From Escherichia phage P1723, in sequence record MT465573: a stretch of 40,282 bases of DNA; one strand, written 5' to 3'. The notes beneath the pieces were generated by a model that was given only the letters and a program-made list of their open reading frames with translations, did no database searches and was not told where the DNA came from. Shown here one piece after another: positions 28,088 to 37,373 of the stretch (the stretch's first letter is position 1; each line of letters opens with the position of its first letter). A program made the translations under genes and the position numbers.

Positions 28088-30505
28088 ATGGCTAGTCGTA
28101 TTCAAACAGCTCTCCAGAGTAATCCTCAAGCTGCTGCCTCGCGTCTGCGTGGTGGCTCTCTCGCTGGGGCTAACTATCAGGCTGCACAGGTTGGCACACC
28201 GAACAACGTCAAGAGTGGTCTTCTGGATTCCCTTGAGAACTTCGGGAAGTCGGCTGGTGCTGCCTTTGGACGCTACGAGGACGAACAGGAGAAAGCGGGT
28301 AAGCAACAGGCCGAATGGCTGACCAAGTTCGCTCGTGAGAATCCTGATGAATATCGTAAGGCGTTCAACGATGGGACCTTGCGTTACCAAGACAACAAGT
28401 TCGCCATGCAGTTCATGCGTGAGAATATGGGGTCTAACGCTTCGTTCCGGGCAGACGCTGAGATTCAGCAGAGAATCAAAGACGGTAAGTATGGGTCGTT
28501 CAGTAAGGAAGATGAAGTCCAGATGAACAAGGACAAAGCCGAGTTGCGCAAGCTCTTCGCTGAGCAGGATGCCAAGCTGTACGGTATCGACACCAACGAC
28601 GAGCACTTCCAGTTCGGCTTAGCGTCCAACATTCAGCAACGTGAAATCTCAACGAATGACGTGTGGGATTCACATAAGGCTCAGTTCAACGAGAATGCTG
28701 CAATCGTCAACGCTAAGCAGACTTTAAGTGGTTCTCTCCACGGTCTTAATGCGACGAACGGTGAACAATATGCGACCTCGGTGACTGGCTATCTGGAGCA
28801 GACCCGTCAGGGTGCCCTATTGAATGATAAGCAGCGCGAGTCTGTATTACTAGATGCCGTAAAGAACACTTCCAATCATGCGCAAGGTGGTGCCGCTCTG
28901 GTAGCTCTTGGTGAACAGGAAGTTGAACTATACGGTAGACGTGTGAAGATTAAGGACTACGTAGGGAAGGAGTCGTGGGATTCATATCTCGCTAACGCCA
29001 ACCAATCATTAATGACACAGGACCGGGAACGTGCGAGTATCTTTGAGTCAACTATGGGCGGCATTGAGCGCTCTACTGACATCAATCTGGGTCTGGAGGA
29101 GTTACGTAAGCAGCGAGACTTCTACAACAAGATGCAGCCGGGTAGCGCACAAACAGCAGCCCTCGACCGTATCGACCGTGTTGAGCAGTCCCTTAAGGAC
29201 CGTCTTGCGCGTGAGACGGCTAAGAAGACAACTGAGAACGATAAGGCCAACCAGAAGTTCAACCGTGAGACAAACGTGTACGGAAACATTACGCGAGCGA
29301 TGAATGGTGACTTTGCGGTTCCTTTGAGTACCTCAACAATGCCTACCGACGACAACACTGGTGAGTACAAAGAGGAAGACTTCACGAACGCATTCAACAA
29401 GTATCGTAATGATATAATGAATGACCAGAACCTGACTCCTGAGCAAAAGGCTCAACAGTGGATGAAGCTGGCGAGTGTCTCCGGGAAGACCGGGTGGCCT
29501 CAGAAGGTTATGGCTCCAAGCGTTGAGGCTGCAACCAACGATTTGTCTGGTGCTATCCTTCGTGGTGCTGAGCTTAAAGGGACCGAGCTGGACCAACTCA
29601 AGGCGTACTACGAGGCTGACCCTGCGGGGTTCGTTAAGTTATTCCCTGAGCAGGGCGAGCTGATTGCCCAGATGTACACCATGAAGAAGTACGGCCTAAC
29701 TAACGAGCAGTTCGTTAAAGGCGAACGTGAGAGAAACTCTCTGAGTAAGAAGCCAGATAAAGGTGCTGCATCCTATGAGAACTTCCTGACGAACTCAGGT
29801 CAGTATCCACACCTGAACTACATGAGCCACGATGAGGCTGGTGCAGCTTACCAAGTGTACCTCGCTGAGATGCACGACCACGGAGACACACAGAAAGCCC
29901 TTAAAGCCGCCGATAGGATGGCTGAGGGGTTCACTACCACGTTTAGCGCTGGTGGCTCTGGGAACACTGCTGGTCGCCTACAGGGTGCTATCCCTACGTC
30001 ATTCCTTGAGAATGGTAATGGGTTTGATGCAACCAACGGCAAGCGTCACATGGAAGGGTTCATTAACCAAGTGGCTACCGAGGGTAAAATCTCAAGCGCC
30101 TACGTTAATGTGAACTACAACGCTGACCAAGATATCGTGCTTATCACTGGTGCTGCTGGTCAGATGCCTAAGATTATCTCTCGCGCTGATATGATTGAGG
30201 CACAGAAGGCCGAAGATGATGCTAACGCTGAACTGGCTGTCAAACAGCAAGAGAAGCAAAAGGCTGAACTTGAGAAGACCCTAGCGAACGCCAACAAGAA
30301 AGCTCCAATCGTAGCTGCTAAGGCTGCTCGTGAAGCTGGCTCTAAACGTGTACGCGCTAAGAAAGCTCAGGTGCCTAACAGTATCTACGGTGGTGAGATT
30401 CGTAAGGACCTCCAGTCCGGTGAGCCTATCGCACCAAAGCCTAAGCAGAAAACCGCCAAGGCACCTAAGGACACCAAAGCGAAGATTAACCGTCTAATTG
30501 ACTAA
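28088..30505 (+). CDS. 15: Internal virion protein C, gene 15
   Basis: 805 aa; AAGGAGG RBS; position and size of T7 gp15. Confidence 0.9.
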   Translation: MASRIQTALQSNPQAAASRLRGGSLAGANYQAAQVGTPNNVKSGLLDSLENFGKSAGAAFGRYEDEQEKAGKQQAEWLTKFARENPDEYRKAFNDGTLRYQDNKFAMQFMRENMGSNASFRADAEIQQRIKDGKYGSFSKEDEVQMNKDKAELRKLFAEQDAKLYGIDTNDEHFQFGLASNIQQREISTNDVWDSHKAQFNENAAIVNAKQTLSGSLHGLNATNGEQYATSVTGYLEQTRQGALLNDKQRESVLLDAVKNTSNHAQGGAALVALGEQEVELYGRRVKIKDYVGKESWDSYLANANQSLMTQDRERASIFESTMGGIERSTDINLGLEELRKQRDFYNKMQPGSAQTAALDRIDRVEQSLKDRLARETAKKTTENDKANQKFNRETNVYGNITRAMNGDFAVPLSTSTMPTDDNTGEYKEEDFTNAFNKYRNDIMNDQNLTPEQKAQQWMKLASVSGKTGWPQKVMAPSVEAATNDLSGAILRGAELKGTELDQLKAYYEADPAGFVKLFPEQGELIAQMYTMKKYGLTNEQFVKGERERNSLSKKPDKGAASYENFLTNSGQYPHLNYMSHDEAGAAYQVYLAEMHDHGDTQKALKAADRMAEGFTTTFSAGGSGNTAGRLQGAIPTSFLENGNGFDATNGKRHMEGFINQVATEGKISSAYVNVNYNADQDIVLITGAAGQMPKIISRADMIEAQKAEDDANAELAVKQQEKQKAELEKTLANANKKAPIVAAKAAREAGSKRVRAKKAQVPNSIYGGEIRKDLQSGEPIAPKPKQKTAKAPKDTKAKINRLID

Positions 30506-30523
30506 CCATAAGGAGACCCTGAG

Positions 30524-33500
30524 ATGGCTAAATATGACAAAACTATCCCTAACCAATACGATGGACTGATTCGTCAAGCTGCCGATGCCAACGGGGTCTC
30601 TTATGACCTCCTTCGACACTTAACGTTCAATGAGTCCAGCTTTAACGCTAACGCTAAGTCACCTACAGGACCTAAGGGTATCATGCAGATGACTGCTGGT
30701 ACTGGTCGAGCTATGGGACTCAATGTCTTCAAAGAGGACAACCCGGCTGATGACCGTTACAACCCTGAGAAAGCAATCCCGGCTGCTGCTAAGTTGCTTG
30801 CTGGCTTCGTTAAGAAGTCTAATGGCGATGAGCTGCGAGCCGCCCTGATGTATAACGTTGGGGAGGGCCCGACAGGTATGCCACAGATTGAGGCCTACGA
30901 TAAGCAGGACTACGGTAGCATTGGTGATGAGGGTCGCCTGTACATCCGTAAACTGGTAGGTTCCGCTAAGTCCCTGCGCTCAGAAGCCATTGAGAAGTTC
31001 GGTGACTTCGCAAAGGGAATCTTTGAGGTCGAAGCCCCAGCCTCTAAGGTAACTCGTGGGGCTCCCGGTCCAGAGACTGCAAGCGTCAACATGGACACGT
31101 CTAACCTTAAGTATGACCAATTGAACGAACGTACTGCTGCCAATACGTGGGCAGTACAGAACGACCAGCCAGAGGAGAACTATAAGCCTCAGGGAGCTGA
31201 CAAAGGGTTATTCTATAAGACTGGTGACGTGGCTAAGGTTGAGGTACAGAACTCCGCTCTAGCTACGATGGCTGATGCAGCCCTTGGCGACAACGGGTAT
31301 GACGTTTGGTCTGCAACTATTACACCATCCAAGTGGAACAGCTACACGTTCACTCCTGATGATATCCAAAAGATTCGTGAGAGTGGTCTTCGTGCTGAGT
31401 ACGCTCAGTCTGTCCTTGGGTCCAACGCTGAGACTCTCGATGAGATGATTAAGCTGGCTAAGGAACGTCAGGACCGTCAGGACTCTGTAGCCGATGCTGG
31501 TATGGGTGCCCACCTCGTGGGTGCTCTCGCTGGTGCTGCTGTAGACCCTGTGAGCTACATCCCGATTGCTGGTGCTGCTTCCAAGGGTATCTCCCTAGGT
31601 CGTCGTATGGTGACTGTAGGTACTCAAGCTGGTGCTCTGAACGTAGCCTCTGAAGTTTTACGTGTGGGTGTTGGTGGTGGACATGCAGATTACATGATGG
31701 CGGCTGGTGGTGGCTTACTGTTCGGTGCTGGTCTGACTGGTGTGTTACATCGTGCCAACCCTCGTGAAGCTGAGAGCGTCCTTGCGGCAACAGCTCGCGC
31801 TGAGTCTCGTGATGCAGCCATGCGTGGCCTACCGGATAACTCTGCTGTGAGTACCGAGGGTCTGGACTTTAAGACCTCTCCGAATGGCTCTCAATATGCA
31901 ACCCTCGACAGTGGCGAAGTAGTCCTGCCGGATGGTCAAGTGCTGTCAACCAGTAACCCCCTGAACCCCAATAGTGCCTCTCAGTTTGCTTCGGTAGACC
32001 CTGAGGTGACTAAGGGCTCGATGGGTGTACGTATGGGTTCCATGACCGATATCTCCCTGCACCTGTCTCGTTCTGCCGACGATGAAGTCCGTGGTGTTGC
32101 CTATGACCTCCTGCGTTCCACTACAGGTTACGTTAAAGGCGGCTCTGGTAAGTCCGGTACGGTTGCCTCTGACGTGGCTGAGCGTCTGCACTACACCGAT
32201 ACGTCCGACCTAACGGCTATTGAGCAGTTCACACGTGATGCAATCAAAGACCCTGAGTGGACTATGGGTGCTAACCGTGGGGATGCTCTGGCACGTGAGA
32301 CCGTGGTGCGTCGTGCAGTGGAAGCACAGGAAGATGGTATTGGCGTCTCTAAGTTGACCAAGGGTGAATCCAAGCTGCGTGATGAAATCTTCCGGTTCAC
32401 CACCAGCAAGGAAGACGCTATGTCTAACCCTGCGATGTTCGGTAACCCTAAAGCAATCCCTGTGATGAACAAGACGAAACTTAGCGGCAAATACTTCCCG
32501 GTGGCTTATGTACCTGAGAAGGTGGCGGCATTCCGTAATGTCTTTGGGAACTCCGTTGAGGATGCTCAAGGTGCCATGCAGCGCCACTTCTTGGCTGACT
32601 ATGCGTCCAACCCTAACACGAAGTCTGTGGTAGACGAGATGGTAGCCGCTAAGAACGGTCTGGATAGCCCAGCCGCAGTTACACCTGAGATGGTTGAGAA
32701 GTGGGCCAACGACAAGGCTTTCGGTATCGTAAACGGTGAGTTCACTACCAACCTTGCACTGGACGATATCGCCTCTGCGTCCAACTCAATGAACCTCGGG
32801 AAGAATAACTTCCTTGAGAGCCGTCATGGGTTCAGTATGGGATTTAAGTCTCAACTGCCGGATGGTCAGATGTTCTCCCTGAACGACCTGCGTAGCTTTG
32901 ACGCTAACAAGCTGCTGCGTAACTATGCCCGTAGAACCAATGGTGACATTGCGATTCACTCAACGGGTCAGACTACTCAGGACTTACTGGATAAGATTAC
33001 CGCTATCCGTGAGCGAGCCAAGAGTGACCCTTCCGGTAAGCTGAAGCAGGACGCTAACGCCCTCGAAGATACCGTGAAGTTACTCACTGGTCGTGCTCGT
33101 CGTGACCCTAACGGCGCTGTGGACATGGCTATGGGTGTTCTTAAAGACCTGAGCTTTGTCGCTAAGAACGCCTACATGGGTCTTCTGAACCTGACGGAGA
33201 TTGGTGGTATGATTGCCAAGGGTAACGTTCGTGCTCTGTTCCACGGTATTCCTGTTGTTCGTGACATGATGCGTTCCACCAAGGCTGTCTCCGGGACTGA
33301 CCTTCAGAAGCTGGAGTATGGCCTGATGGGTCGTGAAGTGGACAATATGATTCGCCCTCAACGGGCAGACCTCATTCAGTCTCTTCGTGACAACTCTGGT
33401 ATGGGTTCATTCGGTGCAAACGCTCTGGGTTCCCTTAAGTTCGGGACTCAGGAGATTGCCGCTGCGTGGCCTATGAGTAAGCTGCTACAAGGCACCACGA

Positions 33501-34486
33501 ACTACCTGCTTAGCGCTGCACGTCAGGGTCTCATTGGGAACCTTATTGAACACGCTGCGACGGGTAAGTCCTCCAAGTGGCTCAATGAGAACTTCCTGAA
33601 GTCTGCCAGCATCACGCCTGAGCAGTCCAAGGGTATCATTCAGTTCCTCAAAGACCACGCCAAGGTGGACGCTAACGGTAAGTGGACCTTCCCAGACCAA
33701 CACGCGATGAGCCTTGACCCTCGGGCTATGGACTTGTGGCGGATGGCTGATAAGGTTGCAGATGAGACCATGCTCCGACCATCCAAGATTAATGCACAGA
33801 ACGTTAAACAGTTAGGCCCGATTGTTGGCGCTGCGTTGCAGTTCAAAACGTTCGTCATTAAGTCCCTCAATGGTAAGACACTACGTACTTACTATCAGGC
33901 CACTCGCGATGGTCGTGCGATGGACGCTGCATTGTCCACAGGTATCTCCGGGATGCTTGCTGGTTCGTTCTACGTGATGCAGTCCCACATGAAAGCTGCT
34001 GGTCTCCCTGAGAACCAACGTGAGGCTTATCTCTTCAAGGCCTTAACGCCTGAGATGGTTGCCTACGCTGCGGCCTCCCGAAGCTCTATCACTGGTGCGC
34101 CGTTAGGTGTTGCAGATATGCTTCTGGGGCCAATTGGACTGACTCCAAGCCAGTACATGCGTACCACTATCAGTCCTAAGGATGCACCACAGCGAGACCC
34201 TAACAAGGCTTCCTCTGGTCGTTCCGGTACGGCTGAGCTGATGGGTGCTATTGGTCAACAGTTCCCTGTGGCTAACTACGTTGGCTCTACGGTGTCTCTC
34301 GGTCAGAACCTCTGGAACCTCGGAGGTGCCAATGGCCCTCGCGACTCCACGGAGTTCACTACAGGTGTCTATCAGAATATGAAGGAAGTTCTCCCGAACG
34401 ACCCGATTACTCAGAGACTACTTCTGGGTGCTTTCGAAGAGCACATCTACACAACCGAGCGACCTAAGCGTTCAGAGCGCTGGTAA
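30524..34486 (+). CDS. 16: Internal virion protein D with N-terminal lytic transglycosylase domain, gene 16
   Basis: 1320 aa; N-terminus GVSYDLLR...ES.FN..AKS.TGP.G.MQ.T is the transglycosylase motif region of T7 gp16; later segments (FGNPKAI, ILTGRARR, MDLWR.ADKVADE.MLRP) align with T7 gp16. Confidence 0.95.
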   Translation: MAKYDKTIPNQYDGLIRQAADANGVSYDLLRHLTFNESSFNANAKSPTGPKGIMQMTAGTGRAMGLNVFKEDNPADDRYNPEKAIPAAAKLLAGFVKKSNGDELRAALMYNVGEGPTGMPQIEAYDKQDYGSIGDEGRLYIRKLVGSAKSLRSEAIEKFGDFAKGIFEVEAPASKVTRGAPGPETASVNMDTSNLKYDQLNERTAANTWAVQNDQPEENYKPQGADKGLFYKTGDVAKVEVQNSALATMADAALGDNGYDVWSATITPSKWNSYTFTPDDIQKIRESGLRAEYAQSVLGSNAETLDEMIKLAKERQDRQDSVADAGMGAHLVGALAGAAVDPVSYIPIAGAASKGISLGRRMVTVGTQAGALNVASEVLRVGVGGGHADYMMAAGGGLLFGAGLTGVLHRANPREAESVLAATARAESRDAAMRGLPDNSAVSTEGLDFKTSPNGSQYATLDSGEVVLPDGQVLSTSNPLNPNSASQFASVDPEVTKGSMGVRMGSMTDISLHLSRSADDEVRGVAYDLLRSTTGYVKGGSGKSGTVASDVAERLHYTDTSDLTAIEQFTRDAIKDPEWTMGANRGDALARETVVRRAVEAQEDGIGVSKLTKGESKLRDEIFRFTTSKEDAMSNPAMFGNPKAIPVMNKTKLSGKYFPVAYVPEKVAAFRNVFGNSVEDAQGAMQRHFLADYASNPNTKSVVDEMVAAKNGLDSPAAVTPEMVEKWANDKAFGIVNGEFTTNLALDDIASASNSMNLGKNNFLESRHGFSMGFKSQLPDGQMFSLNDLRSFDANKLLRNYARRTNGDIAIHSTGQTTQDLLDKITAIRERAKSDPSGKLKQDANALEDTVKLLTGRARRDPNGAVDMAMGVLKDLSFVAKNAYMGLLNLTEIGGMIAKGNVRALFHGIPVVRDMMRSTKAVSGTDLQKLEYGLMGREVDNMIRPQRADLIQSLRDNSGMGSFGANALGSLKFGTQEIAAAWPMSKLLQGTTNYLLSAARQGLIGNLIEHAATGKSSKWLNENFLKSASITPEQSKGIIQFLKDHAKVDANGKWTFPDQHAMSLDPRAMDLWRMADKVADETMLRPSKINAQNVKQLGPIVGAALQFKTFVIKSLNGKTLRTYYQATRDGRAMDAALSTGISGMLAGSFYVMQSHMKAAGLPENQREAYLFKALTPEMVAYAAASRSSITGAPLGVADMLLGPIGLTPSQYMRTTISPKDAPQRDPNKASSGRSGTAELMGAIGQQFPVANYVGSTVSLGQNLWNLGGANGPRDSTEFTTGVYQNMKEVLPNDPITQRLLLGAFEEHIYTTERPKRSERW

Positions 34487-34487
34487 T

Positions 34488-34510
34488 CATTAACCCACAC
34501 TATAGGGAGA
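34488..34510 (+). promoter_or_regulatory. Phage RNAP promoter (phi17-like), copy 1
   Basis: TCATTAACCCACACTATAGGGAGAGG, +1 at 34505. Confidence 0.8.
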
Positions 34511-34550
34511 GGCAATCACGTCCTCCCTCTAGTTTTCATAAGGAGGCCAC

Positions 34551-34793
34551 ATGGCAAACGTCATTAAGACAGTTTATACGTACCCATTAGATGGCACCAC
34601 GACTGACTTTGCGATTCCCTTTGAGTACCTGTCACGTAAGTTCGTGGTGGTAACGCTCATTGGTCAAGACCGTAAAGAGCTGGTTGTTGTGACCGATTAT
34701 CGCTTCGCTACCCGCAACCTTATCTCTACGACTAAGGCATGGGGACCAGCCGATAACTATCAACAGATTGAGCTACACAACCGAGCGACCTAA
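34551..34793 (+). CDS. Truncated duplicate of the tail fiber N-terminus (gp17 residues 1-74 plus 6 aa), created by the tandem duplication
   Basis: Identical to the first 74 codons of gene 17, then runs through the duplication junction into LHNRAT and a TAA; has its own promoter and AAGGAGG RBS. Confidence 0.6.
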   Translation: MANVIKTVYTYPLDGTTTDFAIPFEYLSRKFVVVTLIGQDRKELVVVTDYRFATRNLISTTKAWGPADNYQQIELHNRAT

Positions 34794-34813
34794 GCGTTCA
34801 GAGCGCTGGTAAT

Positions 34814-34836
34814 CATTAACCCACACTATAGGGAGA
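34814..34836 (+). promoter_or_regulatory. Phage RNAP promoter (phi17-like), copy 2
   Basis: Identical to copy 1; +1 at 34831. Confidence 0.8.
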
Positions 34837-34876
34837 GGCAATCACGTCCTCCCTCTAGTTTTCATAAGGAGGCCAC

Positions 34877-36754
34877 ATGGCAAACGTCATTAAGACAGTT
34901 TATACGTACCCATTAGATGGCACCACGACTGACTTTGCGATTCCCTTTGAGTACCTGTCACGTAAGTTCGTGGTGGTAACGCTCATTGGTCAAGACCGTA
35001 AAGAGCTGGTTGTTGTGACCGATTATCGCTTCGCTACCCGCAACCTTATCTCTACGACTAAGGCATGGGGACCAGCCGATAACTATCAACAGATTGAGAT
35101 TCGTCGATACACTTCTGCAAGTGAACGTCTGGTTGACTTCAGTGATGGTTCCATCCTGCGAGCTACCGACCTTAACGTATCTCAGATTCAGACCCTGCAC
35201 GTTGCTGAAGAAGCGCGAGACCTGACCGCTGATACCATTGGCGTTAACAACGATGGCAACCTTGATGGTCGTGGTCGTCGTATCGTTAACGTGGCAGATG
35301 GTGTGGACGCTGGTGACGTTGTTACCGTAGGCCAGATGAACCGTTGGTCTGGTAGTGCTGCCGACAGCGCCAATAAAGCCAAGGTGTCCGAGACCAACGC
35401 CAAGACCTCTGAGACAAACTCAAAGGCTTCCGAGCTGTTAGCCCAGAAGTGGGCTGAGAACCCTAAAGGAACACCTGTGGTCTCCAGTCAGTATTCCGCT
35501 AAGCATTGGGCGTTGACCTCTGAGGATAGCGCTAATGCGTCTGCAACCTCTGCGGGTAACTCTCAGGCACAAGTAGCGAACGCTAAGACACAGGCTGACC
35601 GTGCTGGTGGTTACGCCAATGACGCTATGGGTTACCGCGATGCAGCCAACACGTCTGCTCAACAGGCCGCTGTATCTGAGGGCAACGCTGCGACATCTGC
35701 AAGTAACGCAAAGACTGAATCCGATAAGCTAATTCAGTTTAACACTCTGGTTGACCGGATTAACGGAGTGGCTGTACGTCAGGTTGGTGAGTTTGAGGTC
35801 CACAACTCTCGTACTTACGCTAAGCCGGGTACAGTGTATGGGGATGGTCAACTGCTGAACCGCAACCAGTTCCCTGCACTAGTAGCTGAGTTACTGGCAG
35901 GACACCTCCCGGTTGTCTCTGACTCCGAATGGCTGGCTGACCCCGGTAAACGTGGTTGCTATACCCTAGGTAACGGTACGACCACTTTCCGTGTACCAGA
36001 CCTCAACGGTGTCTATGCGGGTTCCATTAAGGCTCCTGTGTTCCGTGGTGACGCTGGGTTTACTGTAGGTGATGTTCAGAAGTCAGCTCTACCAAACATT
36101 GAGGGTCTGATTGCACTTGCCGATAATGAGCTGGCCTCCAGTGCCTCTGGTGCATTCTACAACGCTGGGCGCTCCAACAAAGGTGCAACTAACGATACCG
36201 GCGGTGCTCAGTTAGGTTTCGACGCGTCACTGTGGAACGAAATCTACAAGAAGGACACCAACGAAGCCCGAATGAACTCCGTGGTAATCGTATGGGTCAT
36301 CCGTACTCACGGGGTGGTGAACAATCCGGGTTCTGTAGATGCCGCTGTGTTGTCTTCTCGTGTCGAGCAGGTTTATACCGAACTGCTTACACGTATGGTT
36401 GCTAATGAGAACCTCCAGAAGTCTGGACAGAAGTTCCTTCGCCGAGTGTTTAGCGACCGCACGTCTCAGGGGCAACTTTCGACTGGAAGAACAGTGACTT
36501 GCTCTGAGGATATTCTCAACAAGATGCTAGTAATTGGCGCACACACCGATAGCCAAAACCCAAACTCTCAGATATATCGTTGTAGCCCGTTCCTCCAGCC
36601 GAACACTGCTGACCGAATGCACCTCACTCTATCTAACTGGTCGTACACCTTAGAGTTCCCTGCGGCGAATCAAGTTAAACTAGTAGCGGCTACAGGTTCT
36701 GGAGTACAGGCAATCAACTATATTGACGTAGTGTGCGACTACCCACAAACGTAA
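34877..36754 (+). CDS. 17: Tail fiber protein, gene 17 (T7-like N-terminal domain, divergent distal region)
   Basis: 625 aa; residues 1-150 (MANVIKTV..FEYL.RKFVVVTLIG.DRK...DYRFATR...KAWGPAD, GSILRA.DLNV.QIQT.HVAEEARDLT.DTIGVNNDG.LD.RGRRIVN) match T7 gp17; distal part differs and contains a tail-collar-like motif. Confidence 0.95.
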   Translation: MANVIKTVYTYPLDGTTTDFAIPFEYLSRKFVVVTLIGQDRKELVVVTDYRFATRNLISTTKAWGPADNYQQIEIRRYTSASERLVDFSDGSILRATDLNVSQIQTLHVAEEARDLTADTIGVNNDGNLDGRGRRIVNVADGVDAGDVVTVGQMNRWSGSAADSANKAKVSETNAKTSETNSKASELLAQKWAENPKGTPVVSSQYSAKHWALTSEDSANASATSAGNSQAQVANAKTQADRAGGYANDAMGYRDAANTSAQQAAVSEGNAATSASNAKTESDKLIQFNTLVDRINGVAVRQVGEFEVHNSRTYAKPGTVYGDGQLLNRNQFPALVAELLAGHLPVVSDSEWLADPGKRGCYTLGNGTTTFRVPDLNGVYAGSIKAPVFRGDAGFTVGDVQKSALPNIEGLIALADNELASSASGAFYNAGRSNKGATNDTGGAQLGFDASLWNEIYKKDTNEARMNSVVIVWVIRTHGVVNNPGSVDAAVLSSRVEQVYTELLTRMVANENLQKSGQKFLRRVFSDRTSQGQLSTGRTVTCSEDILNKMLVIGAHTDSQNPNSQIYRCSPFLQPNTADRMHLTLSNWSYTLEFPAANQVKLVAATGSGVQAINYIDVVCDYPQT

Positions 36755-36803
36755 GGAACACGAGCAGGGACACGGATAGTCCCACACAATAAGGAGGTGA
36801 CAC

Positions 36804-37010
36804 ATGATGTCATTGGATTTTAACAATGGTACGATTACCATTCCTGCGGCTGCTGCTGGAGATGTCGCCTTGCGTACCTTTTGGGGCCTATCGTTGAACG
36901 AATGGTTCTACGTGGCGGCTATCGTCTACACCCTCGTGCAGATTGGCTCCAAGATGTTCGACAAGTGGCTTGAGTACAAGAAGATGGAATTAGGAGGTCG
37001 CAATGAGTAA
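36804..37010 (+). CDS. 17.5: Class II holin, gene 17.5
   Basis: MMSLDFNN...LSLNEWFYVAAIVYTLVQIG.K matches T7 gp17.5; AAGGAGGTG RBS. Confidence 0.85.
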   Translation: MMSLDFNNGTITIPAAAAGDVALRTFWGLSLNEWFYVAAIVYTLVQIGSKMFDKWLEYKKMELGGRNE

Positions 37011-37275
37011 ACCTGATGCAACCCTTATGTCTCTCCTTGAGATGCTGGACACCAACATGGCACAGCAGATGCTGATGGACCTACAGAACCCTGAGCGTAG
37101 AACCCCTCAGCTCTATAACGCCATAGGTAAACTGCTGGAGCGCCATAAGTTCCAGATTGCTAAGCTGAAACCTGATGCAAACATCCTTGGTGGACTGGCT
37201 GGAGCACTTGGCGACTATAACGCTCAGGTAGGCTCCGATGGTCTAACCGAAGACGAGCGACCAACGCTCAACTGA
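37003..37275 (+). CDS. 18: Terminase small subunit, gene 18
   Basis: 90 aa, position and size of T7 gp18; ATGA-type overlap with the holin gene. Confidence 0.85.
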   Translation: MSKPDATLMSLLEMLDTNMAQQMLMDLQNPERRTPQLYNAIGKLLERHKFQIAKLKPDANILGGLAGALGDYNAQVGSDGLTEDERPTLN

Positions 37276-37282
37276 TAGGCAT

Positions 37283-37316
37283 ACTCAAGGTCACTACATG
37301 TGGTGGCCTTTATGAA
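37283..37316 (+). promoter_or_regulatory. RNase III site R18.5-like hairpin
   Basis: TGATAGGCATACTCAAGGTCACTACATGTGGTGGCCTTTATGAA; shares TGATAGG..ACTCAAGGTC...GGTGGCCTTTATGA with 14351. Confidence 0.5.
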
Positions 37317-37373
37317 TGCTTAACACAACTGTAGGCGTTCCTACGTGAAATCTGATAAAAGACGGGAGGCATT

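Larger units (their letters stand above)
34447..35098. repeat. Perfect tandem direct duplication, 2 x 326 bp (34447-34772 and 34773-35098)
   Basis: Both copies read identically base for base; the unit holds the last 40 nt of gene 16, the phi17 promoter, the RBS and the first 222 nt of gene 17. Confidence 0.9.

Noticed and set aside
36755-36803. Short hairpin GGGACacggataGTCCC between gene 17 and the holin gene as a terminator
   Set aside because: The stem is only 5 bp with no U-run, and T7 has no terminator at this position.
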